Below are positions 1 to 8,141 of a DNA stretch of 32,000 nucleotides, in pieces. Location of the stretch: the NCBI RefSeq assembly GCF_001465295.1, contig NZ_CP011034.1, forward strand, positions 3,150,001 to 3,182,000, read 5' to 3'. A program made the position numbers and the translations under genes. How positions within the stretch are numbered: position 1 is the first letter of the stretch; each line of letters begins with the position of its first letter. This DNA is from Pseudoalteromonas translucida KMM 520 (GTDB lineage: Bacteria; Pseudomonadota; Gammaproteobacteria; Enterobacterales; Alteromonadaceae). A model generated the notes under the pieces. It did no database searches and was not told the DNA's origin. It worked only from the letters and a program-made list of their open reading frames with translations.

Positions 1-65
1 CTGCCGCTGTAGAGCTAAAAGTACTGATTGAACAAATGCGTGAGCAGATCCAGAATATTGAGTAA
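1..65 (+). CDS. 3' end (last 20 codons) of a gene entering from the left edge; tail resembles the YicC-family (DUF1732) C-terminus
   Basis: Frame 3 is open from the window edge to TAA at 63-65 and reads AAVELKVLIEQMREQIQNIE*. From memory, LIEQMREQ.QNIE is the conserved YicC C-terminus, and yicC lies in the gmk neighbourhood in E. coli. Only 20 aa are visible, so this is tentative. Confidence 0.45.
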   Translation, partial: AAVELKVLIEQMREQIQNIE

Positions 66-130
66 TACTTTAACGTTCAAGCCTTAAACTTGAGCACTAA
101 GAGTTAATTAAAGTACAATAGTGTTATTAA

Positions 131-168
131 AGGCTTGGTTTATTCATAACCCAAGCCTATTTATTTTA
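131..168 (+). terminator. Probable intrinsic terminator of the upstream (yicC-like) gene
   Basis: An 8-bp stem, aggcttgg (131-138) with ccaagcct (151-158), is followed by T-rich atttatttta. It lies 66 nt after the stop at 65 and just upstream of gmk. Confidence 0.5.
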
Positions 169-181
169 GATAGAGAAAAAC

Positions 182-802
182 ATGGCTCAAACTCGCGGAA
201 ACTTATTTATTTTATCGGCACCATCGGGGGCTGGTAAATCAAGCTTAATTAATGCGTTATTGAAAAAGCATACTGATATGAAGGTATCTGTATCACACAC
301 GACTCGCGCTAAACGCCCTGGTGAAGAAAATGGTGTGCATTACCATTTTGTATCAACCGATGAATTTAAAGCACTCATAACTAAAGATGACTTTTTTGAA
401 TGGGCGCAAGTGTTTGATAACTACTATGGCACATCAAAACAAGCTATTGAGTCGCAATTAGATGCTGGTATTGATGTGTTTTTAGATATTGATTGGCAAG
501 GTGCGCAGCAAGTGCGTAAAATTATGCCTAGTGTACAAACTATTTTTATTTTACCGCCTTCAAAGGCAGAGCTAGAGCAACGTTTGAATAACCGCGGCCA
601 AGACTCGCAAGAAATTATTGCTGGGCGTATGGCACAAGCGCAATCAGAAACATCACATTACAACGAATACGACTTTGTAATTGTTAATGATGACTTTGAT
701 ACTGCACTAACCGACATAGAAACAATTGTTATGGCGCAGCGTTTAACATTAAAAATGCAAAGCGTTCGTCATCAAAGCTTACTAAATAGCTTACTTAAAT
801 AA
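182..802 (+). CDS. gmk: Guanylate kinase
   Basis: 206 aa. It has the N-terminal P-loop [10 protein letters not shown] and the guanylate-kinase motif block SHTTR..RPGE..G..Y.F. Length matches E. coli Gmk (207 aa), and it sits directly upstream of rpoZ-spoT as in E. coli. Confidence 0.96.
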   Translation: MAQTRGNLFILSAPSGAGKSSLINALLKKHTDMKVSVSHTTRAKRPGEENGVHYHFVSTDEFKALITKDDFFEWAQVFDNYYGTSKQAIESQLDAGIDVFLDIDWQGAQQVRKIMPSVQTIFILPPSKAELEQRLNNRGQDSQEIIAGRMAQAQSETSHYNEYDFVIVNDDFDTALTDIETIVMAQRLTLKMQSVRHQSLLNSLLK

Positions 803-927
803 TGTAAGCTTTGCTTATATTGCTATTAAGCAAGTAAAACAGATAAAAATTAACCACTGGCTATTGGCGAAACAGGCTGCTTGCAGTAAACTACGCCTTT
901 GCTTTTAAATTATTTTGGAGTGCTGAG

Positions 928-1203
928 ATGGCCCGCGTAACAGTTGAAGATGCAGTAGATGCAATTGGTAATCGTTTTGACTTAATTTTAGTTGCGGCCC
1001 GTCGTGCCCGTCAAATTGCTGTTGGTGGTAAAAGACCACTAGTAGACCCTGAAAACGATAAGCCTACGGTAATTGCTTTACGTGAAATTGAATTAGGTTT
1101 GGTAGATAGCTCATCAATGGACGTTATTGATCGTGAAGAGCAACAACATCAAGAAGCAGCTGAACTAGCTGCTGTTGCTGCTATTGTTGGTGGCAACCAA
1201 TAA
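928..1203 (+). CDS. rpoZ: DNA-directed RNA polymerase subunit omega
   Basis: 91 aa. [10 protein letters not shown]...[15 protein letters not shown] is the omega signature. There is a GGAG upstream of the ATG, and the gene lies immediately upstream of spoT. Confidence 0.97.
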   Translation: MARVTVEDAVDAIGNRFDLILVAARRARQIAVGGKRPLVDPENDKPTVIALREIELGLVDSSSMDVIDREEQQHQEAAELAAVAAIVGGNQ

Positions 1204-1331
1204 TCGACCTCCCGGTCTGATTTTAGCCAACGGCGCAGTATTTCTTCACTAGCCGTTGGCAATCCTGTCTTTTCATCGTATATTCTTAACTTACCGTTTC
1301 CTATTTGCTTCACAAGAACATTGGAGTGTGA

Positions 1332-3440
1332 ATGTATCTTTTTGAAGGTCTTAAAAAGAAAATTTCAGAATACTTGCCAGCCGCCGACGTTGAGCTGGTG
1401 CAAAAAGCCTATGTGGTAGCCCGAGAGGCCCATGAAGGACAAACTCGTTCAAGTGGCGAGCCCTACATTACTCACCCTGTTGAAGTAAGCCAAATTCTTG
1501 CAAGTATGCATCTTGACCATGAAACACTTATGGCTGCGTTGATGCATGATGTTATTGAAGATACGAATTTTAGCCAGCAAGACTTAGCTGAAATTTTTGG
1601 TGATACTGTTGCTGAGTTAGTTGAAGGGGTAAGTAAGCTCGATAAACTTAGCTTTAAAGATAAAAAAGAATTCCAAGCTGAGAATTACCGCAAAATGATT
1701 ATGGCAATGACCCAAGATATTCGGGTTATTTTAATCAAGCTTGCCGACCGTACGCACAATATGCGCACATTAGGCTCACTTCGCCCTGATAAGCGTCGCC
1801 GTATTGCCCGCGAAACATTAGAAATTTATGCACCAATTGCCAATCGTTTAGGTATTCATGATATTAAAAATGAGCTAGAAGATTTAGGTTTTCAGGCTTT
1901 ATATCCGATGCGTCATCGTGCACTTAAATCTGAAGTTGCTAAAGCGCGAGGTAATCGCAAGGAAGTTATTTCTAACATTCAAAACGAAATAGAAATGCGT
2001 CTTGAGCAATCAGGAATAAAAGCAACTGTGTCTGGCCGCGAAAAGCATATTTATAGTATTTATAAAAAAATGCTTAATAAAGAGCTGTTATTTAATGAAG
2101 TAATGGATATTTATGCGTTTAGAATAGCGGTTGAATCTATGGATATCTGTTATCGCGTTTTAGGCGTAGCACATAACTTATATAAACCAATTGAAACACG
2201 CTTTAAAGATTATATTGCCGTGCCAAAAACCAATGGCTACCAGTCTTTACATACCTCTTTAGTGGGTCCCCATGGGATTCCGGTTGAAATTCAGATCCGT
2301 ACCCATGACATGGATCATATGGCAGACAAAGGGGTTGCTGCACATTGGATGTATAAAAAAGCAAATGATGGTGGTGCTGGAAGTACTGCACAGCAACGTG
2401 CACGCCAGTGGATGCAAAGCTTGTTAGAGTTACAGCAAAGCGCTGGCTCGTCGTTTGAATTTGTTGAAAACGTAAAAACTGAATTATTCCCTGAAGAAAT
2501 TTACGTATTTACACCCGATGGTCGTATTATTGAGCTACCTATGGGGGCAACAGCGGTCGATTTTGCTTATGCAGTACATACTGACGTGGGCCATACTTGT
2601 GTTGGCGCACGTGTTAATCGCAAACCTTACCCGTTAAGTAAACCAATTGATACAGGGCAAACGATAGAAATAATTACTAGCTCTGGTGCTCACCCTAATG
2701 CAACTTGGCTAAACTTTATTGTTACAGGTAAAGCGCGCTTAGGGGTTCGTAATTACCTTAAAAGTCAGCATCACGAAGAAGCACTCCTTTTAGGCCGACG
2801 TTTACTCGACTCTGCATTGGGTGAAAGTAAACTCGACAGCATTGCCCAAGAAAATATCGACAGAGTACTTAAAGAGCATGAGCTCACTACAGTACAGGCA
2901 CTATTAGTTGAGATTGGTTCTGGCAATTTAATGAGTATGCTAATTGCAAAACGCTTATTGCAAAACGAGGATAGTGATGTAGCCAATATTGCCAAGCAAG
3001 CTAAGGCAACCATTATTGGTACTGAAGGCATGCTGGTTAACTACTCTAAATGCTGCCGCCCTGTTCCTGGTGATGCTATTACTGCCCACATAAGCCAAGG
3101 TAAAGGACTAACAGTTCATCGCCAAGAATGTAAAAACATTCGTGGGTGGGAAAATGATCGCTCTAAATACTTAGTGGTTAAATGGGATGACAACCCTGAA
3201 AAAGAATATATTGCGGCTTTACGTGTTGAAATTATTAACCACCAAGGTGCACTCGCTAAGTTAACTAATGTGGTTGCAACAACACAAGCTAATATTGTAG
3301 AAATTGCCACCGATGAAAAAGAAAGTAATTTATACGTGATAGATTTAGGGATTACCGTTAAAAACCGTATCCATGTTGCTAATATTATGCGCCGCATTCG
3401 TGTGATGCCTGATGTGCAAAAAGTCTATCGTAAAAAGTAA
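1332..3440 (+). CDS. spoT: Bifunctional (p)ppGpp synthetase II / pyrophosphohydrolase
   Basis: 702 aa, the same length as E. coli SpoT. The HD hydrolase motif is intact (HPVEV...LMHDVIEDT) and is followed by RelA/SpoT synthetase, TGS and C-terminal ACT-like regions. The rpoZ-spoT linkage and the intact HD domain argue for SpoT rather than RelA. Confidence 0.96.
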   Translation: MYLFEGLKKKISEYLPAADVELVQKAYVVAREAHEGQTRSSGEPYITHPVEVSQILASMHLDHETLMAALMHDVIEDTNFSQQDLAEIFGDTVAELVEGVSKLDKLSFKDKKEFQAENYRKMIMAMTQDIRVILIKLADRTHNMRTLGSLRPDKRRRIARETLEIYAPIANRLGIHDIKNELEDLGFQALYPMRHRALKSEVAKARGNRKEVISNIQNEIEMRLEQSGIKATVSGREKHIYSIYKKMLNKELLFNEVMDIYAFRIAVESMDICYRVLGVAHNLYKPIETRFKDYIAVPKTNGYQSLHTSLVGPHGIPVEIQIRTHDMDHMADKGVAAHWMYKKANDGGAGSTAQQRARQWMQSLLELQQSAGSSFEFVENVKTELFPEEIYVFTPDGRIIELPMGATAVDFAYAVHTDVGHTCVGARVNRKPYPLSKPIDTGQTIEIITSSGAHPNATWLNFIVTGKARLGVRNYLKSQHHEEALLLGRRLLDSALGESKLDSIAQENIDRVLKEHELTTVQALLVEIGSGNLMSMLIAKRLLQNEDSDVANIAKQAKATIIGTEGMLVNYSKCCRPVPGDAITAHISQGKGLTVHRQECKNIRGWENDRSKYLVVKWDDNPEKEYIAALRVEIINHQGALAKLTNVVATTQANIVEIATDEKESNLYVIDLGITVKNRIHVANIMRRIRVMPDVQKVYRKK

Positions 3441-3452
3441 AATAGGAAACAC

Positions 3453-3845
3453 ATGAATAAAGCATTTATCTCTACCGACAAAGCACCTGCTGCAATTGGC
3501 ACTTATAGCCAAGCAGTTAAAGTAGGCACTGCTGTTTATTTATCTGGTCAAATACCCTTAGTACCTGAGACGATGGAAGTCATATCAGAAGACTTTGCGC
3601 AGCAAACACACCAAGTATTTAAAAATATTGCTGCGGTATGTGAAGAAGCCGGTGGTCAAATTCAAGACTTAGTAAAAGTGAATATTTACCTTACCGACTT
3701 ATCTAACTTTGCAATAGTTAACGAAGTAATGAGCCAATACTTTAAAAAACCATATCCTGCCCGTGCAGCCATTGGTGTAAGAGCTTTGCCTAAAAATGTA
3801 CAAGTTGAAATTGATGGAATTATGGAGTTACCTTCAACTAACTAA
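3453..3845 (+). CDS. ridA: RidA/YjgF/TdcF-family reactive-intermediate (enamine/imine) deaminase
   Basis: 130 aa. AP.AIG.YSQAV......Y.SGQIP and the C-terminal PARA...V..LPK...VEI motifs align with E. coli RidA (128 aa). The start is 12 nt after the spoT stop, which suggests co-transcription. Confidence 0.9.
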   Translation: MNKAFISTDKAPAAIGTYSQAVKVGTAVYLSGQIPLVPETMEVISEDFAQQTHQVFKNIAAVCEEAGGQIQDLVKVNIYLTDLSNFAIVNEVMSQYFKKPYPARAAIGVRALPKNVQVEIDGIMELPSTN

Positions 3846-3853
3846 CTTACTCT

Positions 3854-3887
3854 AAGAGCTATAGCCAAAACTATAGCTCTTATTTTG
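3854..3887 (+). terminator. Intrinsic terminator after ridA
   Basis: A perfect 11-bp stem, aagagctatag (3854-3864) with ctatagctctt (3871-3881), has the loop ccaaaa and is followed by attttg. It lies 9 nt after the ridA stop. Confidence 0.7.
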
Positions 3888-3998
3888 CTACTTCCTGCGC
3901 ATTATTATCCTCAATTCTTGACTCAAAAGTAAATTTCTAGCACTCTATTATTCTGTCACATAAACAAACTTAACTTTGATAGTAAAAAGGATTAACTA

Positions 3999-5606
3999 GT
4001 GTTTAAGCTTGCTCATAATGGAAATGTGTTACTTGATATCGGTAAGCACTCGCCTCCTTCTGCCGCTTTTATAATTGAAGCACTTGAAGAATCGAATTTT
4101 TGTGATTGTAAAATAGATTATGACTCTATTAATAACTTTTTTAAAAGTAAAAACCCTGAGCCTATTTTAGTAGTAGCAACTAAGCACGATGCAACATTAA
4201 GCGTGACTATTAGTGATGACAAAATGCTCGCTATTGGCGAATTAACACTGGCTCAAGGCGGTAATGCTCTTAGTTTAGATGATGCAAAAATGCAGCTGGT
4301 AAAAGCGCGAGTAGCAAGAGGCTATAAACAAGCTTTTTTAGAAAAACTCCTGCAAAAACAATTTGAAATGCCTGCCGGAAGCTCAACTAAAGGTATTTTG
4401 GCTAAAGGTAGATTACCTATTGATGGCCAAGATACTAAATTTAATACTTTAGTAAAAACACTTAAAGATCGTCTAAAAACACCAAAACTAAAAGACGATG
4501 GCAGTGTTGATATGCGCGACTTTGGTAAATTAGCCAGTGTAAGCCCAGGCGAAACACTTATTCGCCAGCAACCAGCCACGCCAGGTAAAGAAGGGTTTAA
4601 TGTACTTGGCGACTTACTCCCAGCTAAATCAGGCGAGATACTTTCTTTAGTTTCTGGTGAAGGCACTGAAATATCAAAATCTAACCCACTTGAACTTGTC
4701 TCTACTATTGCTGGTGTACCGGTTGAAATAAATAATGGCATGCGTGTTGATGATATTTTTACCATATCGGAAGTTACAGTAAAAAGTGGTCATATTGATT
4801 TTAATGGCAGTGTTATTGTTAGTGGCAACATTGAGCCAGGTATGCGAGTAAAGGCTAAAGGTGATATTACTATTTTTGGTACTGTTGAGTCTGCACAGTT
4901 AACAGCCGATGGTAACATTACCGTAAAACAAGGCATTATTGGCTATTATAAACCTGAAGATAAATCACTCTCTTGCACACTCAACTGTAAAGGTGACATC
5001 TATATTTCACACGCACAATATAGCTACCTTGAAGCAACTAATATAATCATTGAACGCCAAGCAAGTCACTGCTCAATAAAGGCTGTTAATGTACTGCAGG
5101 TTGGTCAAGCAGAGCCCCCCAAGGGTAGGATATTTGGCGGAGAAGTGCTCAATGCAACAACCCTTATTGCTGGGGAAATAGGCAATGAGTCGGGGGCAAA
5201 AATGGTCATTAACTTAGCTGCATCAGGGGCCGAAATTACTGCTGATACCGATAATTGCTTTCAAGACTTGGCAAATACCGATAAACAACTTGATACCTTA
5301 CAAGCCGCATTAGAAAAAGCCGATTTACTTAAGGATATAGAAAAAAAGAATATACTTATTGGAAAAATTGGCGCAACTCAACAGCATTACTGCCAACAAG
5401 CCGAGCAGTTAGAAAAGCGTTTATCAAATTTAGAAAATAATTTACATGATTTATTGAATAATGCCAATTTAGCAGTTAACAGTGTTTTACATTCAGGGGT
5501 AGTGATACATATTTTTGATAAAGTACTCAAAACAACGCGCACTTATCCTCCGTGTAGTGTAAAGCTACAAAATAATAAAATTGAGGTAGAATTTAAAACA
5601 CATTAA
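3999..5606 (+). CDS. DUF342 (FapA-like, flagellar assembly protein A family) protein
   Basis: 535 aa. GTG start at 3999 with AAAAGGA 7 nt upstream. The central repeat-rich, beta-helix-like segment (GHIDFNGSVIVSGNIEPGMRVKAKGDITIFGTVESAQLTADGNITVKQGIIG) and a C-terminal coiled-coil stretch (LDTLQAALEKADLLKDIEKK...LEKRLSNLENNL) match my recollection of DUF342/FapA architecture. Function is not established. Confidence 0.75.
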   Translation: MFKLAHNGNVLLDIGKHSPPSAAFIIEALEESNFCDCKIDYDSINNFFKSKNPEPILVVATKHDATLSVTISDDKMLAIGELTLAQGGNALSLDDAKMQLVKARVARGYKQAFLEKLLQKQFEMPAGSSTKGILAKGRLPIDGQDTKFNTLVKTLKDRLKTPKLKDDGSVDMRDFGKLASVSPGETLIRQQPATPGKEGFNVLGDLLPAKSGEILSLVSGEGTEISKSNPLELVSTIAGVPVEINNGMRVDDIFTISEVTVKSGHIDFNGSVIVSGNIEPGMRVKAKGDITIFGTVESAQLTADGNITVKQGIIGYYKPEDKSLSCTLNCKGDIYISHAQYSYLEATNIIIERQASHCSIKAVNVLQVGQAEPPKGRIFGGEVLNATTLIAGEIGNESGAKMVINLAASGAEITADTDNCFQDLANTDKQLDTLQAALEKADLLKDIEKKNILIGKIGATQQHYCQQAEQLEKRLSNLENNLHDLLNNANLAVNSVLHSGVVIHIFDKVLKTTRTYPPCSVKLQNNKIEVEFKTH

Positions 5607-5607
5607 A

Positions 5608-5632
5608 AATGAGTGCTTTTGAAGCACTCATT
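5608..5632. terminator. Hairpin between the convergent DUF342 gene and asnA; most likely the asnA terminator, possibly bidirectional
   Basis: A 10-bp stem, aatgagtgct (5608-5617) with agcactcatt (5623-5632), has the loop tttga. Read on the minus strand it is followed by ttttaatgtgtttt. The plus strand has no T-tract after it. Confidence 0.55.
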
Positions 5633-5708
5633 AAATCAACCTACTTAACTAAGGGGCTATTTAAATTTGTTAAATTACCCAAGCAGTTATGCTAATTGGC
5701 TTTATTAT

Positions 5709-6704
5709 TTATAACAAGCCATCGAATGCAGCATGAGTGTGCTGCGGCCATGCACTCACTTGTACTTGGCCAATATGTGGTTTTTGTAATAACAACATAA
5801 CAAGACGAGATTGACCAATACCGCCACCAATTGTTTGCGGAAATTTATTTTGTATTAATGCCTTATGCCAATCAAACTCTAAACGGTCTTCGTCACTCGT
5901 CATACTTAATTGTTTTTGCAACACATCTGGACTAACGCGGATCCCCATTGAAGATAGCTCAAATGCGTCTTCTAATAATGGGTTCCACACTAAAATATCA
6001 CCATTTAATCCTGCGTATTTGTCACAGGTTGGCGTTGACCAGTCATCGTAGTCTGGTGCTCTTACATCATGAATTTTACCATCACTCAATTTACCACCAA
6101 TGCCAATTAAAAATACCGCCCCGTACTCTTGTGCAATCGCTTTTTCTCGTTGCTTAGCACTAAAATTTGGGTACATTTCTCGCACCTCTTCGCTATGTAC
6201 AAATGTAATACTGCTTGGCAAAAATGGTGTAATACCAAATTTATCGCTAACAAATTGTTCCGTTTTTTTAATACCGGTATAGATTGCTTCAACTGTTTTT
6301 TTAAGTGTAGTTAGTGTGCGCTCGCTATCTTGGCAGATCACCTTTTCCCAATCCCATTGATCAACATATACTGAGTGAATAGGACTCAACGAGTCTTCAT
6401 CTGGGCGTAACGCCTTCATTTGTGTATAAATGCCTTCACCATGAGAAAAGCTATGATCTCCTAATGTTTTACGTTTCCACTTTGCAAGTGAGTGCACTAC
6501 TTCGTAACGGCTATCTGGAATAGCTTTTATATTTACAGCTACCGCATTTTCATGGCCACTTAAGTTGTCTTGAGTGCCATCGCCCACTCGAGCAAGTATA
6601 GGAGCTTGTACTTCTATTAATCCTAATTGCTGCTCTAGTTGCTGTGAAAAAAAATGCTTAACTTGACTTATTTGCTGCTGCTGCTGCACATAAAGTGAAC
6701 TCAT
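5709..6704 (-). CDS. asnA: Aspartate--ammonia ligase (asparagine synthetase A)
   Basis: Aligns end to end from memory with E. coli AsnA (330 aa): [116 protein letters not shown]. The track starts at 6719, but the ATG at 6704 ([11 protein letters not shown]...) has GAGG 9 nt upstream and gives 331 aa. The ATG at 6719 has no usable Shine-Dalgarno sequence. Confidence 0.95.
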   Translation of the reverse strand: MSSLYVQQQQQISQVKHFFSQQLEQQLGLIEVQAPILARVGDGTQDNLSGHENAVAVNIKAIPDSRYEVVHSLAKWKRKTLGDHSFSHGEGIYTQMKALRPDEDSLSPIHSVYVDQWDWEKVICQDSERTLTTLKKTVEAIYTGIKKTEQFVSDKFGITPFLPSSITFVHSEEVREMYPNFSAKQREKAIAQEYGAVFLIGIGGKLSDGKIHDVRAPDYDDWSTPTCDKYAGLNGDILVWNPLLEDAFELSSMGIRVSPDVLQKQLSMTSDEDRLEFDWHKALIQNKFPQTIGGGIGQSRLVMLLLQKPHIGQVQVSAWPQHTHAAFDGLL

Positions 6705-6719
6705 AATAATTGGCCTCAT

Positions 6720-6895
6720 TCCCAGTTATTGTACTTTCGTAACTCATTGCGTCTTAAATAACGCTTCAATATGGTTATCGTAACAATTTAATTATTTAAT
6801 TCAATAACCAACAATAAAAATAGCTTTAACGTATTAAAACCATCAATTAAATGCTATAAAAGATTAAGATTCAACAATCAAAGAGTGTAAAAGTA
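6720..6895. promoter_or_regulatory. Divergent asnA/asnC promoter-operator region
   Basis: A 176-bp, very AT-rich gap lies between divergently transcribed asnA and asnC. In E. coli, AsnC binds this type of intergenic region to activate asnA and autorepress. I could not assign individual -35/-10 boxes or AsnC sites. Confidence 0.4.
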
Positions 6896-7354
6896 ATGGA
6901 ATATTATCAAATCGATAATCTCGATAAACAGATTCTGCATGCATTAATGGCCAATGCACGCACACCCTACGCAGAATTAGCAAAACGTTTTAATGTAAGT
7001 GCCGGCACAATTCATGTTCGTATTGAAAAAATGAAGCAAGCGGGGATCATCACAGGAACTCAATTAACTATTAGCACCAAGCAACTGGGCTATGATGTGT
7101 GCTGTTTTATTGGAATTAACTTAAATAGTGCCCGCGATTATCCGCAAACTCTAATTAAACTCGAAGCACTAGAGGAAGTTGTTGAAGCTTATTACACCAC
7201 TGGTAACTACAGTATTTTTATCAAAGTAATGACTCGCTCAATCGATCATCTGCAAGATGTACTGATAAATAAAATACAAGCAATTGAAGCTATTCAATCA
7301 ACAGAAACTCTTATATCGCTACAAAACCCAATTAGCCGCACAGTAATGCCTTAA
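6896..7354 (+). CDS. asnC: Lrp/AsnC-family transcriptional regulator AsnC
   Basis: 152 aa, the same length as E. coli AsnC and near-colinear with it (AELAK.F.VS.GTIHVR.EKMKQAGIITG, QLGYDV.CFIGI, EAYYTTG.YSIFIKVM.RSID.LQ.VLINKIQ.I..IQSTETLI.LQNPI.RT). It is divergent from asnA. Confidence 0.95.
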   Translation: MEYYQIDNLDKQILHALMANARTPYAELAKRFNVSAGTIHVRIEKMKQAGIITGTQLTISTKQLGYDVCCFIGINLNSARDYPQTLIKLEALEEVVEAYYTTGNYSIFIKVMTRSIDHLQDVLINKIQAIEAIQSTETLISLQNPISRTVMP

Positions 7355-7394
7355 CACTAAAAATCTCGTATAATTACTGAAAAAGAGGATAATC

Positions 7395-8081
7395 ATGCAG
7401 CAAACTCGCTATCAAAGAATCGCAGACGTACTTTCGCGCCGACAAACTGACCTAACAGTGTGTTTAGAGGACGTGCATAAACACCATAACCTTTCCGCTA
7501 TCGTAAGAAGTGCAGACGCCGTAGGTTGTCATCATGTGCATGCCGTATGGCCAGAAAATCAAAAATGGCTTACTAATAATACCTCTGGTGGTAGTAAAAA
7601 CTGGCTGGAAACACATTTACATAAAAATATTAACGATGCGGCAACAGCCATGCGTGCTCGTAATCCCGATATACAAATACTCGCAACTCACTTATCAACC
7701 GATGCCGTTGATTTTAGAGAAATAGACTACACCAAGCCAACCGCCATTATTGTTGGCCAAGAAAAAACGGGGATCTCAGAGCAAGCTTTAAAATACGCTG
7801 ATCAAAACATTATTATACCCATGCAAGGGATGGTGCAATCACTTAATGTATCCGTTGCTGCTGCATTAATACTCTTTGAAGCACAACGTCAGCGCGAACT
7901 TGCAGGGCTTTATAATCGCAATATGTTGAGTGATGAAATTAAACATCCCATTTTTTTTGAAGGGTGTCATCCTATTATTGCTCGGCAATGTAAGCTAAAA
8001 AGGCTTCCCTACCCACCACTCGATGAGCACGGTGAAATAGTGGCTGATGAACAGTTTTGGCAAGCTTTAAAACATGCTTGA
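7395..8081 (+). CDS. trmH: tRNA (guanosine18-2'-O)-methyltransferase (SpoU/TrmH)
   Basis: 228 aa against 229 aa for E. coli TrmH. Shared blocks include RY.RI...L.RRQ.DLTVC.E.VHK.HN.SAI.R.ADAVG.H.VHAVWP, ILATHLS..AVDFREIDYT.PT and GQEKTGI...AL..ADQ.IIIPM.GMVQSLNVSVA.ALIL.EAQRQR. A strong AGAGGA sits 6 nt upstream, and the gene is followed by recG as in E. coli. Confidence 0.93.
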   Translation: MQQTRYQRIADVLSRRQTDLTVCLEDVHKHHNLSAIVRSADAVGCHHVHAVWPENQKWLTNNTSGGSKNWLETHLHKNINDAATAMRARNPDIQILATHLSTDAVDFREIDYTKPTAIIVGQEKTGISEQALKYADQNIIIPMQGMVQSLNVSVAAALILFEAQRQRELAGLYNRNMLSDEIKHPIFFEGCHPIIARQCKLKRLPYPPLDEHGEIVADEQFWQALKHA

Positions 8082-8141
8082 TGCCACGTCGCACTATAAG
8101 TACACTTAACTCACTTACAAATAATAAGATTTGAGCCCACC

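Noticed and set aside
1226-1260. A 9-bp inverted repeat, gccaacggc / gccgttggc, with a 17-nt loop between rpoZ and spoT. I considered it as a terminator or attenuator.
   Set aside because: The nearest T-run (tctttt) lies 9 nt beyond the stem, and rpoZ-spoT are co-transcribed in studied species. At most it is an mRNA-stability or processing hairpin, and I cannot support a terminator call.
5709-7354. Possible proximity to oriC, because asnA-asnC flank oriC in E. coli.
   Set aside because: I found no cluster of DnaA boxes (TTATCCACA or TGTGGATAA) or AT-rich 13-mer array in 5600-7400 or elsewhere in the window. mioC, mnmG and dnaA are also absent.
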